Assembly: GCA_965216875.1 (NCBI GenBank)
Contig: OZ244207.1
Coordinates: 1,696,001 to 1,760,000, forward strand
Length of the DNA stretch: 64,000 nucleotides
Direction of reading: 5' to 3'
Source: Rubripirellula sp.
GTDB lineage: Bacteria > Planctomycetota > Planctomycetia > Pirellulales > Pirellulaceae
In this document: positions 1-10,161 of the stretch, one piece after another
How positions within the stretch are numbered: the first letter of the stretch is position 1
Layout: every line of letters starts with the position of its first letter
Position numbers and translations under genes: made by a program
The notes under the pieces: generated by a model
The model's input: only the letters and a program-made list of their open reading frames with translations
Told to the model about the DNA's origin: nothing
Database searches by the model: none

Positions 1-2184
1 CAGGTCGGCAACGTATTGCGGCACGACCGGACTACTGGCCGCATTGATTTGGATGATTCCATAGCTGCCCGCGTCAGGTTTGGGATCGAGTCCCATGTAG
101 AAACGTGGCCCGCCCAAACCGACGTAAACGGCCATGTTTTCGAGTCGATCCTCGGGCAACTCGACCCAGTTCCCATCCTGGTAAGTCTTGCGGCTTAACG
201 CTTGAACCAGTTTTTCGAGTCCCGAGATGGTTTCGTTCGTGCGCGCGATCGGCGCACCGTCCGGCAGGAAGACTTCGATCACGCATTGGCGGCTATCGGC
301 CATCGGAAAGAAGGCCGACTTGACCGGCAACAACGTTGATGCAAAGAGCAAGCCAACCGCGAGCACGACGGTGACATACTTGGCGCGGACCGCCAACAAA
401 CAAAGGCTGATGTAGGGTGACGAAGCTTTCCCATCGTCTTGCGACTCATCCGCCTTCTTGCCTTTGCGAAACAACCCGCCCAACAAACCAAAGATGGCAA
501 AGATCGGCGCAGGTGACGAACTTGGCCGTAAGATCCAACGAGCCATGATGACGGTCATCGTCATGGCAAAGATCCAGCCGCCGCCCAGTGCCAAGGAGAT
601 GACGACGGGCAAACTGAACACGTATTCCTTGGATCCGCCAGTGAGGCAGAATGTCATCGGGATAAAGGCGGCAAGGATCGACAAGGTAGCGATCAGAATG
701 GGGAACGCGATTTGATTCGGTCCCTTCACCGCGGCCTCGTCCGGCGCGTCGCCTTCGCGAAGGAAGCGGTTTGTGTTGTCGCAGACCTGGATCGCGTTGT
801 CGACCAACATGCCAAGGGCAATGATCAACGCGGCAAGCGAAACCTGTTCAATCTGACAGCCCCAAAGTCGCATCGCGCCGACGGCGATCAACATGATCAT
901 TGGAATGGCGAGGGCACAAACGGTCGCGACTCGAAAACCGCTCAGAAGCACCAACACTACCAAGACGATCAAAACGGAATCGACGAGATTGTCGACCACT
1001 TCCGAGATCTTTTTGTCGACCATTTCCGGTTTGTCGGAAACCTTTTCAACGCGAATGTCTTTAGGCAGGAAAGTATCGTTGGCGGTGGCAAGCATCGCTT
1101 CGACCGCCTTGCCCATTTCGCTAACGTTTTGACCTGGCTTCAAATAGAAGGCGAGCACAATCGCTTCGGCCGAGAAGTCGCGGTTGGCTAATCGCACGAG
1201 TCCAGGCGAAGGGTTTTGGTAGTCCCGAATCACATTCAGGCCAAGGTCGCTCAGGTAGACGGGCACCGCTTGCGCTGTCGGACGCGGCCCGCCCGCTTCG
1301 AGGCCAGCACCGATGTTGCGAGCAAGTTCATTGATCGTCTGTCGGCCTGGCGATTCCATCCCGGTGGCGACACGCCCGACCACCACGTTGTTGACTTCGA
1401 ATGCAGCATCGAAGTTGCCGGTCAATCGCGTCGTCACGCGGTCAACGTTCGTATCGATCGCCCCAGCCGGAGCGATCACATTCCGCTGCGACAACACTTC
1501 GCGAAGGTGTTCTGCCGTGAGGTTCAGCTTGCTCCAGTTTCCCAGGTCGGTCTCGAGGTAGATGACCTCGGGCTGGACGCCGACCATTTCGAGGCGAGCC
1601 ACATAAGAAGGTGCCACCGAATTTGGATTCAACGTTCCATCGGACGATTCGATCAAAGGCCGCAAATCGAGTACACGGTCGCGCAGTCGTTTGGCAAAGA
1701 TCTCGAGTTCGCGCGAGGTGTAGGGGCGAACTTCGGCGCTGTCCGGATCCTGATACATCGCCAAGACCATTGCGGCGGTGTCACCGAATTTGTCGTTGAC
1801 CGCCGGCTGCCGGCAACCTTCCGGTAGCGCGCCTTCGATCAGTTTTAGTTCCGCACGGACCTTGTCCCAAACGGCATCCACATCCGAAACCGCATCGATG
1901 GTCGTGACTTGAACGACGGAGCGTCCGGCATAGCTTGTCGATTGCAAGCGGCGGACCTGTTTGATGTCCGCCATCGCCACTTCGATGCGGTCGGTGACGA
2001 GCTTTTCGACCTGTTCGGCCGTTGCGCCTGGCCATTCGGTGTTGATCACCGCTTCACGAATCACATACTCGGGGTCTTCCGAACGCGGTGCGGTCAGGAA
2101 GACGTTGAGTCCATTAAAGACCAGGATCGCGACAATGGCGATCACGACCGGTTTGTGTTTGAGTGCGAATTGAGGCAGGTTCAT
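1..2184 (-). CDS. RND efflux permease (AcrB/AcrD/AcrF family), partial, runs off the left edge
   Basis: Absent from the ORF track. Manual translation from ATG 2184 gives MNLPQFALKHKPVVIAIVAIL...EDPEYVIREAVINTEWPGATAEQVEKLVT and a TM4 motif LGMLVDNAI. ATGA overlap with the adaptor's stop codon. Confidence 0.93.
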   Translation of the reverse strand, partial: MNLPQFALKHKPVVIAIVAILVFNGLNVFLTAPRSEDPEYVIREAVINTEWPGATAEQVEKLVTDRIEVAMADIKQVRRLQSTSYAGRSVVQVTTIDAVSDVDAVWDKVRAELKLIEGALPEGCRQPAVNDKFGDTAAMVLAMYQDPDSAEVRPYTSRELEIFAKRLRDRVLDLRPLIESSDGTLNPNSVAPSYVARLEMVGVQPEVIYLETDLGNWSKLNLTAEHLREVLSQRNVIAPAGAIDTNVDRVTTRLTGNFDAAFEVNNVVVGRVATGMESPGRQTINELARNIGAGLEAGGPRPTAQAVPVYLSDLGLNVIRDYQNPSPGLVRLANRDFSAEAIVLAFYLKPGQNVSEMGKAVEAMLATANDTFLPKDIRVEKVSDKPEMVDKKISEVVDNLVDSVLIVLVVLVLLSGFRVATVCALAIPMIMLIAVGAMRLWGCQIEQVSLAALIIALGMLVDNAIQVCDNTNRFLREGDAPDEAAVKGPNQIAFPILIATLSILAAFIPMTFCLTGGSKEYVFSLPVVISLALGGGWIFAMTMTVIMARWILRPSSSPAPIFAIFGLLGGLFRKGKKADESQDDGKASSPYISLCLLAVRAKYVTVVLAVGLLFASTLLPVKSAFFPMADSRQCVIEVFLPDGAPIARTNETISGLEKLVQALSRKTYQDGNWVELPEDRLENMAVYVGLGGPRFYMGLDPKPDAGSYGIIQINAASSPVVPQYVADL

Positions 2185-3836
2185 AGGGCCACCTCGATTT
2201 CTTCGAACGCGTTGACATCGTCACCGTCTCGCAAATAGTGGGCGCCATCGACGATGATTTTCGATCCCGTCTCGAGGGCGTTCTCCTCGACCGGCTCGAT
2301 GCGGCGAAAGTCACCAATCAAGTCACTCACTTCGACTTCGACCTTTTTGGCCGACTCGCTTCCACTGTCGGATTCCGCGGCGACAAACACGAAATGCTTG
2401 CCGTCGCTTCTCAAGATAGCCGGCCGCGGAACGTAGAAACCGGGACTCACTGCTTGCCCCTTTAGGTCCACGCTGACGAGCTGACCGGGCCGTAGGAGCC
2501 ATTCTTTGCGAGACAGGAAAACCTTGTCGCCATCCTTGACGCCCTCGGGCATGGCACCGGCGATCAGGTCTTTCGACGGATCGAGTCCGCCGAGGTCGGT
2601 CAGTTCACGGCCCACGAAAAGTTGAAGTACCGGAAGCGTCTTCTCACCCAGTTCGACGTAGACCTTTTTGACGGTAAAAACGGGGCTGAAATCCTTTTCC
2701 AGGTCGGAACGCGTCAGCCCCTCGACCTTCCAGACGTACGTTCGGCCATCGGCTTCTCGGTGAAGCGTTCGCTCTTCGGCATAGAACGGTGCGTTACCAT
2801 CGGCCGACTCGGATTCCAACGAATACAATTCGGTTGTGCGGGCGAGGCCTTCGGGGTCGATGTCATCGGGCAACTGCAATTCGACTCGGCGGTTGCGAAT
2901 CAGGACAGTGATATTGAACGTTCGCGTCGCCGCATCGGCCACCGTGTCTTTCAAATAGACAAAACCGGTGATCGGTTCGTCTTCGTTGTCGAGGTAGACC
3001 TTCAACTGGTCGTTGTAACGGAGACGCCGGTCGGTCTCTTGCGAAACGGCAAGTTCCACTTTGACCGGGTCCATCATCTGAACCGTGACCGCTGGCATGC
3101 CGGCATCAAGGTAGCTGCCGGCGATCGCGTGAACCTTGGACACCTGACCCGAGAAGGGCGAATAGAGTTTGCAGTCTTTCAGATTCAGTTCGGCCTGGTT
3201 ACGTGTCTGTCTGGCTTGGCGAAGTTCCGCTTTGAGTGCATTGAGTTCTGCCGTCTTGGTCGCTTCACGGATTCGGGCTTGGGCGAGTTGGGCTTCCGAT
3301 TGCTTGGCCCAATTCTCGGCTTCCTCGTACTCGCTTCTCGAGGTGGCGTTTTGATCCATCAGTTTGCTTTGCCGCTCAAACTGACTCTTTCGTCGATCGC
3401 GTTCGGCCGTCGCTTCCTTGATCTGCTCAGGGACTTCCTGGGTGAGTTCGGTCTCGGCCTGGGCGACCCGTGCTTCCATCAGTTCCACGCGCGCCGCGGC
3501 GTCCTCGCGCTGTAGCTCAAGCCGATCGGTATCAAGTCGGCCGAGCAGCGTTCCCGTTTCTTTGGTGTTGCCTTCGTCGTCCAAGACCGCACCTTCGATC
3601 GTGAGTCCCGGCTCGATCACATCCGAGATTCGCCCGTTGACTCGAAACGACAACATCTCCTTTTTCCAAGAGTCGACCGAACCGGTCAGCCGCGTCTGTC
3701 TGGCCGGATCCGATTCCTTCAACTGCAAGAAAGTCACGGGACGGGCCGGTTTCTCAGCGACAGGGGCTTCGTCATCACAGCCGGCGAAGAGGGGCAGCAA
3801 TAGGAGTACCGCAGACCAACGCTTGTGGGGACGCAT
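2181..3836 (-). CDS. RND efflux periplasmic adaptor (membrane fusion protein), lipoprotein
   Basis: Lipobox LFAGC, long coiled coil, LYSPFSGQV, TRTF and LRPG motifs. Start placed at MRPHKRW. Confidence 0.9.
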   Translation of the reverse strand: MRPHKRWSAVLLLLPLFAGCDDEAPVAEKPARPVTFLQLKESDPARQTRLTGSVDSWKKEMLSFRVNGRISDVIEPGLTIEGAVLDDEGNTKETGTLLGRLDTDRLELQREDAAARVELMEARVAQAETELTQEVPEQIKEATAERDRRKSQFERQSKLMDQNATSRSEYEEAENWAKQSEAQLAQARIREATKTAELNALKAELRQARQTRNQAELNLKDCKLYSPFSGQVSKVHAIAGSYLDAGMPAVTVQMMDPVKVELAVSQETDRRLRYNDQLKVYLDNEDEPITGFVYLKDTVADAATRTFNITVLIRNRRVELQLPDDIDPEGLARTTELYSLESESADGNAPFYAEERTLHREADGRTYVWKVEGLTRSDLEKDFSPVFTVKKVYVELGEKTLPVLQLFVGRELTDLGGLDPSKDLIAGAMPEGVKDGDKVFLSRKEWLLRPGQLVSVDLKGQAVSPGFYVPRPAILRSDGKHFVFVAAESDSGSESAKKVEVEVSDLIGDFRRIEPVEENALETGSKIIVDGAHYLRDGDDVNAFEEIEVAL

Positions 3837-4146
3837 GGGTGGTTTCTCTTGGAGTGGAGTCGAGCTTAGGCCGTTGATCATACCCCAGTCGAATATGGGA
3901 AAGGTTCACCCACCGATTGGTGGTGTCGCTGCGAGAGACAACCGTCCACTGGATGCTGATAAAGGCAGGGAAAATGACCCCGAACATGGAACGGACCACT
4001 GTGCAAAACTCGACCGGCCGTGGTGTGGTGCCGAGGGTATCGCGTTGCCAGGTTGCCCCCTTCCACGACGAGCGATTCGATTGTCAACTGTGCGCATTCA
4101 GGCCCAGGTTCACGGTCAAACCCTAAATTCGAAATAATCCGCAAAG

Positions 4147-5478
4147 ATGCCGCAAACTGCCCCTTTTAACGCTCTCCGGTACAACCTTGATCACGTTGGC
4201 GACCTCTCCAATGTCATCGCGCCACCCTACGACGTGATTGATCCCGAGCTGCAGGACCAGCTCTACAAGCAACATCCGGCCAACGTCATTCGCATCATCT
4301 TGAACCGCGCCGAGCCTGGCGACAGTGGTGACGAAAAGTACGACCGAGCTGCGAAGTTCGTCGAGCAGTGGGTCAGCGAAGGGGTGCTGATGCGAGAAGA
4401 GCAGCCCGCATACTACGTCTACCACCAGGAGTTTGAAGCGGACGGCAAGACCTACAACCGTCGCGGCTTCATGGGACGCGTTCGTATCCAGCCATTTGGC
4501 GAAGGCAACATCTACCCACACGAAGAGACGCACCCCAAGGCCAAGGTCGATCGATTGAAGTTGACCACCGCCACCAAGCAAAACAACAGCCAGATCTTTG
4601 GCCTCTATCCCGACCCCGAAAACGAAGTCATCACGCTGCTCGACAAAGCGACCGAGGGAGTGACTCCGCTTGAAGCGACCGATCACCTTGGCGTCAAGCA
4701 CATCATCTGGCCTGTGACCGACGAAGCGGTGACGGCCAAGGTCAGTGAATTGATGGAAGAGCGGCCCATGTTCGTTGCCGACGGTCACCACCGCTATGAG
4801 ACTGCCTCGAACTATCGCGCACAAATGATGGAAGAGACCGGCGGTCTGTCGCCCGACCACCCAGCCAACTTCGTGATGACGATGCTGGTTGGAATGAGTG
4901 ATCCCGGGATGATTGTGCTGCCAACCCACCGCTTGCTTCGCGAGACGGCTGAATTCAGTGCGGCCGAGATCATTGAGAAGCTCGGCGATTGCTTCGACTG
5001 TGAACAGGTCGACGGCGGCGTTGGTGGCGCCGAAGCTGCTTGGGCCAAAATGGAAGCCGCGGATGAACAAGGTTTGGTCGCTCTGTACGCCAAGACAGAC
5101 GATTGCTGGTTGCTTTGCAAGGCAACTGCGGCTGCGGGCGAAAAAATGAAAGAGCTAGCTGGCGAGCAAAGTGACGACTGGCGCGGACTCGGGGTTTCGA
5201 TCCTGCACCGACTCGTGATCGACGAGCTTCTCGGTTGCAAAGGGCATCCCAAACCGACCTATGTGCACGAGGTTTCGGAAACGATCGACGGGATCAAGGG
5301 TGAAGGTAGCCAGGCCGAAAGCGATGGCGACCAGCCCTACACCCTGGCTGCGTTGGTGATGCCTGCGAAGCTGGGGCATGTCGAGGCGATCAGCCTTCAC
5401 AAAGAGCGAATGCCCGCGAAAAGCACGTATTTTTACCCCAAATTGCTGAGCGGATTGACGTTCAACCCTCTCAGCTAG
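4147..5478 (+). CDS. DUF1015 family protein
   Basis: APPYDVI, PHEET, ADGHHRYE and MPAKSTYFYPKLLSGL signature motifs. Confidence 0.9.
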   Translation: MPQTAPFNALRYNLDHVGDLSNVIAPPYDVIDPELQDQLYKQHPANVIRIILNRAEPGDSGDEKYDRAAKFVEQWVSEGVLMREEQPAYYVYHQEFEADGKTYNRRGFMGRVRIQPFGEGNIYPHEETHPKAKVDRLKLTTATKQNNSQIFGLYPDPENEVITLLDKATEGVTPLEATDHLGVKHIIWPVTDEAVTAKVSELMEERPMFVADGHHRYETASNYRAQMMEETGGLSPDHPANFVMTMLVGMSDPGMIVLPTHRLLRETAEFSAAEIIEKLGDCFDCEQVDGGVGGAEAAWAKMEAADEQGLVALYAKTDDCWLLCKATAAAGEKMKELAGEQSDDWRGLGVSILHRLVIDELLGCKGHPKPTYVHEVSETIDGIKGEGSQAESDGDQPYTLAALVMPAKLGHVEAISLHKERMPAKSTYFYPKLLSGLTFNPLS

Positions 5479-5501
5479 GTCTTGGGCCTGATCGGTGCCG
5501 C

Positions 5502-5540
5502 GTAGGCCGGATCAAGGAGCGACAGCGACACAGATCCGGC
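5502..5540 (+). repeat. GTAG-type REP, family H (GTAGGCCGGATCAAGGAGCGACAGCGACnCAGATCCGGC)
   Basis: GCCGGATC...GATCCGGC palindrome. Further copies at 36950-36988 (+) and 33159-33197 (-). Confidence 0.88.
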
Positions 5541-5672
5541 ATGATCGCTGTGACTTGGCTGACGTTCTCTCTTGTTTTGCTCTTGCGATTATTCGTACGG
5601 TACGCTCTCAGCCGGTGGGCATCGGCTGCGGGATCACTGGGCAGTGCAACGCAATCGCAAGAGGAACGAGCC

Positions 5673-6407
5673 ATGCGTCGTCAGATCGCAAACTTGATTT
5701 ACACCGGCCGCTTTCGCACCACCGCGGCGACTCAGCGCAAGGGCAAGCCCGAGATTCTGCGTAAGCAGCCGTCACTCGAGATCCACAATTACCTCGAGAT
5801 GGCTCTCGCTCAGGAGCAGGTCGATCACTCGCAATTCTTTTTCGTTCAAATCGGCGCATTCGACGGCCGTGAAGGCGATCATCTGAACCAATTGATCCGC
5901 AAGCATGGCTGGCGCGGCGTTTTGGTCGAGCCTCAGCCGCACGCCTACGAGGCACTGCAAAAGACGTACGCCGATCAACCGCAATTGAAGCTGGTCAACG
6001 TCGCGATTGGTCCTCAGGAAGGAACGCTGACCCTTTACACCCGAAAAAGCGGCAGCGTGCCGATCGCAAGTGTCTCGAAGCGTCTATTGATCAAGCCGGG
6101 GCACTCGAGCGACGAAGTGGTGGCGATGGACGTCCCTTGCTGGACCTTTTCGCGATTGGTCGAAGAGGCGCAGGTTCCTGGGAAGATCGATTTGGTCCAG
6201 ATCGATACCGAAGGCTTCGACTTCGAGATTATCAAGTCGATTCCGCTCGGGGAGATTCGCCCTACTGTGATCCGCTATGAGCACGCGTTGTTGTCGGAAA
6301 AGGACCGCAACGCCTGCATCGAGCTGCTGTGCAGCCACGGTTATCGCATTCTGCTGGAAGATCGAGACACCATGGCAATCCAGCGAGTGGCTGCGAAGGC
6401 CGCGTAG
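5673..6407 (+). CDS. FkbM family methyltransferase
   Basis: VQIGAFDG, VLVEP, NVAIG and QIDTEGFD motifs. GAGGA RBS before ATG 5673. Confidence 0.88.
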   Translation: MRRQIANLIYTGRFRTTAATQRKGKPEILRKQPSLEIHNYLEMALAQEQVDHSQFFFVQIGAFDGREGDHLNQLIRKHGWRGVLVEPQPHAYEALQKTYADQPQLKLVNVAIGPQEGTLTLYTRKSGSVPIASVSKRLLIKPGHSSDEVVAMDVPCWTFSRLVEEAQVPGKIDLVQIDTEGFDFEIIKSIPLGEIRPTVIRYEHALLSEKDRNACIELLCSHGYRILLEDRDTMAIQRVAAKAA

Positions 6408-6419
6408 TTGCTGCAACTC

Positions 6420-6650
6420 GTGAGCCGCCGGCCGTAAGGCCTCGGGCCTTCGCCCATGCGCCATGTCTCGAACGTAGCTACCTTCGCCAGAAGGTGGCAT
6501 GAGCCGCTCGAACGCTCGCCATCACCCCACGCTCTGGTGAGCGTAGCTACGGCCCGTCGTGTGTGATCAGTTCGTAGCTGCCTTCGCCAGAAGGTGGTCT
6601 GTGCCGCTAGACCGCTCTCCATCACCCCACGCTCTGGCGAGCGTAGCTAC
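6420..6650. repeat. REP mosaic: family B variant plus two tandem family A doublets (GTAGCTACCTTCGCCAGAAGGTGG...CCACGCTCTGGCGAGCGTAGCTAC)
   Basis: Doublets at 6474-6550 and 6574-6650 (100-bp period). The same family recurs at 8604, 15046, 48029/48186, 52235, 54074 and 63094. Confidence 0.9.
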
Positions 6651-6802
6651 TGATTCGGTGGGATGGCCCAGGGGCTTGGCGGAAGATCTTGTGTCAAGGT
6701 CAGTTTCTTGTGAAACCAGTCTTGTTTCACTCACTGGGATTCCCCTACTTTCCCACCAAGTGAGCTCGATCCACAGATTTTGCGATCCAGAGATATTGGA
6801 CG

Positions 6803-7549
6803 GTGGGAAGGATTCTTTGCGTGGTGAACCAGAAAGGCGGAGTGGGCAAGACGACCACTGCAGTCAACCTTTCTGCCGCATTGTCGCTAGCAGGGGAAAG
6901 AACCTTGCTGGTTGATATGGACCCGCAATGCAATGCCACCACTGCTCTTGGAGTCGAGCCGAGTGACGGGCACGCCTTGGTCAATGAAATGCCGCTTGCT
7001 GAACACATCGTCGAAACGGAGCTCGATCGCCTGTCGATTGTTCCGGGCAGTCGAAGTTTTCACGATGTCGACAAACTGGCAACCGCAGGCAGTGACCAGG
7101 CAACCCGCGTACGAGAACATTTTGATTCGGTGATCGACGACTACCATTTCGTCCTGATTGACTGCCCGCCAAGTGTGGGTGCGTTGACCCAATCGGCTTT
7201 GGCGGCCAGCACCGAAGTCCTGATGCCCATCCAGTGCGAGTACTTCGCAATGGAAGGGCTGACCCAACTGATTCACACCATTAAAAAGGTCATTGTTTCT
7301 TCTGACCGAAGACTGACCTTTGGCGGGATCCTACTGACCATGTACGATCCCTACTTAGAACTCACACGCGAAGTTGACGAGGAAGTAAGAGACTTCTTTG
7401 GCGACATCGTTTTTGACTGTGTCGTGCCACGGGATGTTTCGCTTTGCGAGGCTCCAAGCCACGGCAAATCCGTGTTTGAGTACGCACCGCGATCACGCGG
7501 CGCGTTCGCCTATACCCAGCTGTGCATGGAGGTGCTTCAGCGTGACTAG
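6803..7549 (+). CDS. parA: Chromosome partitioning ATPase ParA/Soj
   Basis: Deviant Walker A NQKGGVGKTTT, DMDPQCNAT, IDCPP, PIQCEYFAMEG and EAPSHG. Confidence 0.96.
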   Translation: MGRILCVVNQKGGVGKTTTAVNLSAALSLAGERTLLVDMDPQCNATTALGVEPSDGHALVNEMPLAEHIVETELDRLSIVPGSRSFHDVDKLATAGSDQATRVREHFDSVIDDYHFVLIDCPPSVGALTQSALAASTEVLMPIQCEYFAMEGLTQLIHTIKKVIVSSDRRLTFGGILLTMYDPYLELTREVDEEVRDFFGDIVFDCVVPRDVSLCEAPSHGKSVFEYAPRSRGAFAYTQLCMEVLQRD

Positions 7550-8495
7550 TGCAACGACCAAGGACCGACGTTTGGGAAAAGGGCTGGCTGCCCTTTTGGG
7601 AACACCCGTCGACGAGGACGGCAATCCCATTCCTGACGCCGAAGGGAATCGCGGCATCGAAACGCTCGAGTTGGCCGTCGACCAAATCGAAAATAACCCG
7701 TTCCAGCCGCGTCGCGAATTCAATCCCGAAGAAATCGCGTCGCTCGCCGAGAGCCTGAAAAACCATCAGCAACTGCAGCCTATTTTGGTTCGCATCGTCG
7801 ATGGCAAGTACCAGCTGATCAGTGGCGAACGGAGACTGCGTGCCACGATCCACGCTGGTCTCAAGACCATTCGCGCGGAAGTCCGAGAAGCCGACGATCG
7901 TTTGGTTGCCGAGTTGGCGATCATCGAGAACTTGCAACGCAAGGACTTGAATCCGATCGAAAAGGCGATGTCCTTCAAACGGTACATCGAAGAACATAAG
8001 TGCAAGCAGGACGACTTGGCTCGCCGGCTGAGTATCGATCGCAGCACGATTGCAAACCTCATGCGCCTACTAGAGCTGCCCCAGCAAATCCTCGATTGGT
8101 TGACCGCGGGCGAGGTCAGCGCTGGCCACGCGCGAGCCTTGCTGCCGATCGGAGACGAGGAAGTGCAGGTTCGAACGGCGCAAAAAATCATGGAAGAACG
8201 GTGGAGCGTTCGAGCGACGGAATCGCATGTCGCCGAGATGCTAAAGGCCGAAGAAGACACCGAGACCGGAAAGAAGATCATCAACGCGACGCGTCAGAAG
8301 CGTCGCCAGATCTCGCCGCAAATCGAAGCGATGCAGCAAGAGATGCGGATGGTTTTCGGGACCAAGGTCGAAATCAAGAGCTCGGCTCGAGGACGTGGAA
8401 AGATCACGATCCACTTTACCGACCCAGACGAATTCGATCGTCTTCGTTCGATCTTGTCGGACGCCGGTCGCCCACAACTGAAGATTGCTGGCTAG
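7542..8495 (+). CDS. parB: Chromosome partitioning protein ParB/Spo0J
   Basis: LGKGLAALL N-terminus, NPFQPRR, GERRLRA arginine patch, ENLQRKDL and HTH. GTG start overlaps the end of parA, with GGAGG upstream. Confidence 0.96.
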   Translation: MTSATTKDRRLGKGLAALLGTPVDEDGNPIPDAEGNRGIETLELAVDQIENNPFQPRREFNPEEIASLAESLKNHQQLQPILVRIVDGKYQLISGERRLRATIHAGLKTIRAEVREADDRLVAELAIIENLQRKDLNPIEKAMSFKRYIEEHKCKQDDLARRLSIDRSTIANLMRLLELPQQILDWLTAGEVSAGHARALLPIGDEEVQVRTAQKIMEERWSVRATESHVAEMLKAEEDTETGKKIINATRQKRRQISPQIEAMQQEMRMVFGTKVEIKSSARGRGKITIHFTDPDEFDRLRSILSDAGRPQLKIAG

Positions 8496-8520
8496 TCATT
8501 TCCTAGTACAGCTTTGTTTC

Positions 8521-8551
8521 ACAGGTCGCGTTTCACGTGGCCTGTTTTTTT
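8521..8551 (+). terminator. Probable intrinsic terminator after parB
   Basis: Hairpin ACAGGTCGCGT-TTC-ACGTGGCCTGT (two G-U pairs) followed by a T-run. Confidence 0.65.
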
Positions 8552-8603
8552 ATGCGCCGAGGGGAGGGTTGGGCTTGCGCGGGCGGCAAGGCCATTCTCT
8601 TCT

Positions 8604-8680
8604 GTAGCTACGCTCGCCAGAGCGTGGGGCGATGGCATGCGTCGGGGCAGCACAGACCACCTTCTGGCGAAGGTAGCTAC
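8604..8680. repeat. Family A REP doublet
   Basis: Near reverse complement of 6574-6650, including much of the spacer. Confidence 0.9.
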
Positions 8681-8750
8681 AGTGTGCGAGGACCCGAGCG
8701 CGTTTGCCTCCGATGGTGAGATTTGCAGGGGACCACTACGATGGTTCGCC

Positions 8751-10061
8751 ATGTTCCGTCTCTTTGGCAATCCCCGACCTCCGCTCTCGACCTTCCAGCG
8801 GCTCGACATCGAGCTGTTGCTGCGCAAGTCGATTGACGTTTGGGGGGCCGATCGAGTGAGATCGGTTGAACTCGTGGGCTCTATCGATGAGCTTCCGATC
8901 GACAAGTCTTCGCCAGCGACGATTGCCGATTCGTCGTCGCAGATTGTTGCCGAGTGGTTTGACTTGGCTCGCAGCCCGTTGCCTGTTTCGATCAAGGAAT
9001 GGCAGGAGCTCGGCTACAATTCGGTCTACAAGGATTCGGAGGGTGAACCGTCGATCGTGTTGGCCGACACCATCGCCCGCGATCCGCTCCGTGCAGTGAT
9101 CGAAACGGCCTATCAATATTCGTTGCACTATTGGAAAGGTCAGGCGAGTGATTCGCCGCTCGATACCGATCCACGGACCACCAATTTGCTGCCGATCTGT
9201 TTGGGGCTTGGGATCCTCGCCAGCGACGCAAGTCTGTACGACGAGCAGTGGAAGCAGGCTGGTTTCCAAGGTTGGAGCGTGTCGCGCTCGGGCTACTACA
9301 ACACGGTCGAGCTGGGGTATGTGCTCGCGTTGTTTGCGCGTTTTCGAGGCGAGTCTTCTCCCGCTTGGTTCCGCAATCTTCGACTTGATTCGAAGGTCAC
9401 TGCCAAGAAGGCCCAGCAGTATTTTGCTGACCATGAAAAGCAGGGCCACCAACTGCTGTTTGACGCTGACAAGATTCCGCGTTCCGACATGGAGCCCGGG
9501 CAGCTTGCGAACTGGCTCGCAGGGGATGATCCGGCGTTTGCGTTGGCGGCGGCATTTGCGCTCGTCAAGCAGGATGAGTTCCCGCCGCTTGTGATTGACG
9601 CCGCGCTCAAGGCGACGAATCGAAACGACCCCGATCTAACTCCCGTCGCCGTTCGGTTACTTGCCGGTGCTCGTCATGACAGCGAAGAAGTTGCTCAGCG
9701 CGTCCGCGGGTTCATTCGAAAAGGGACGCCAGCCACGTCGGTTGCAGCTGTAGAAACCGCGCACGCGATTGGCTTGGACCTGAATCCCTTTCAAAATCGG
9801 ATCTCTCATCTTCTCGATGCAAACGCCGATGACGCGTACGGTCTGTTAAAGGTGATCGGCGATCAAGGTTCCAAGTTTGGCAAGTTTGACATTCAGATTT
9901 GCCACCACATTGTCGAGGCGATCCGTTTGCTCGATGAAGATCTGGTGAAGGCAAATATCGATTGCCTACGGCGCGTAAGTGAAGATCCCGAGGCGACCCT
10001 GCGCAAGAATGTGCGCAACGCCGAGCTGCTAAGCGAAGCCCTCGACGCGCTGCGCGCCTAG
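8751..10061 (+). CDS. Hypothetical protein with a helical, HEAT-like C-terminal region
   Basis: Long ORF. The upstream extension in the track is REP-derived, so the start is placed at MFRLFG. Confidence 0.7.
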   Translation: MFRLFGNPRPPLSTFQRLDIELLLRKSIDVWGADRVRSVELVGSIDELPIDKSSPATIADSSSQIVAEWFDLARSPLPVSIKEWQELGYNSVYKDSEGEPSIVLADTIARDPLRAVIETAYQYSLHYWKGQASDSPLDTDPRTTNLLPICLGLGILASDASLYDEQWKQAGFQGWSVSRSGYYNTVELGYVLALFARFRGESSPAWFRNLRLDSKVTAKKAQQYFADHEKQGHQLLFDADKIPRSDMEPGQLANWLAGDDPAFALAAAFALVKQDEFPPLVIDAALKATNRNDPDLTPVAVRLLAGARHDSEEVAQRVRGFIRKGTPATSVAAVETAHAIGLDLNPFQNRISHLLDANADDAYGLLKVIGDQGSKFGKFDIQICHHIVEAIRLLDEDLVKANIDCLRRVSEDPEATLRKNVRNAELLSEALDALRA

Positions 10062-10086
10062 GGCGACTCAGCCGAAAAGCCCATGC

Positions 10087-10152
10087 GTAGTGGACGAGGC
10101 TACGAGTCGCCTCTACCAACAACCACCCTCCCGCTTGCGGGAGGGTTTTCTT
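10087..10152. repeat. REP family F plus family G hairpin (ACCCTCCCGC-TT-GCGGGAGGGT then TTTCTT), likely terminator between convergent genes
   Basis: Perfect 10-bp stem with T-tail. The motif recurs near 13638, 23017 and 33074. Confidence 0.75.
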
Positions 10153-10161
10153 AATAGACGG

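Noticed and set aside
6650..8700. Replication origin near parAB
   Set aside because: No dnaA or dnaN, no cluster of DnaA boxes and no AT-rich unwinding element seen. GC skew could not be computed.
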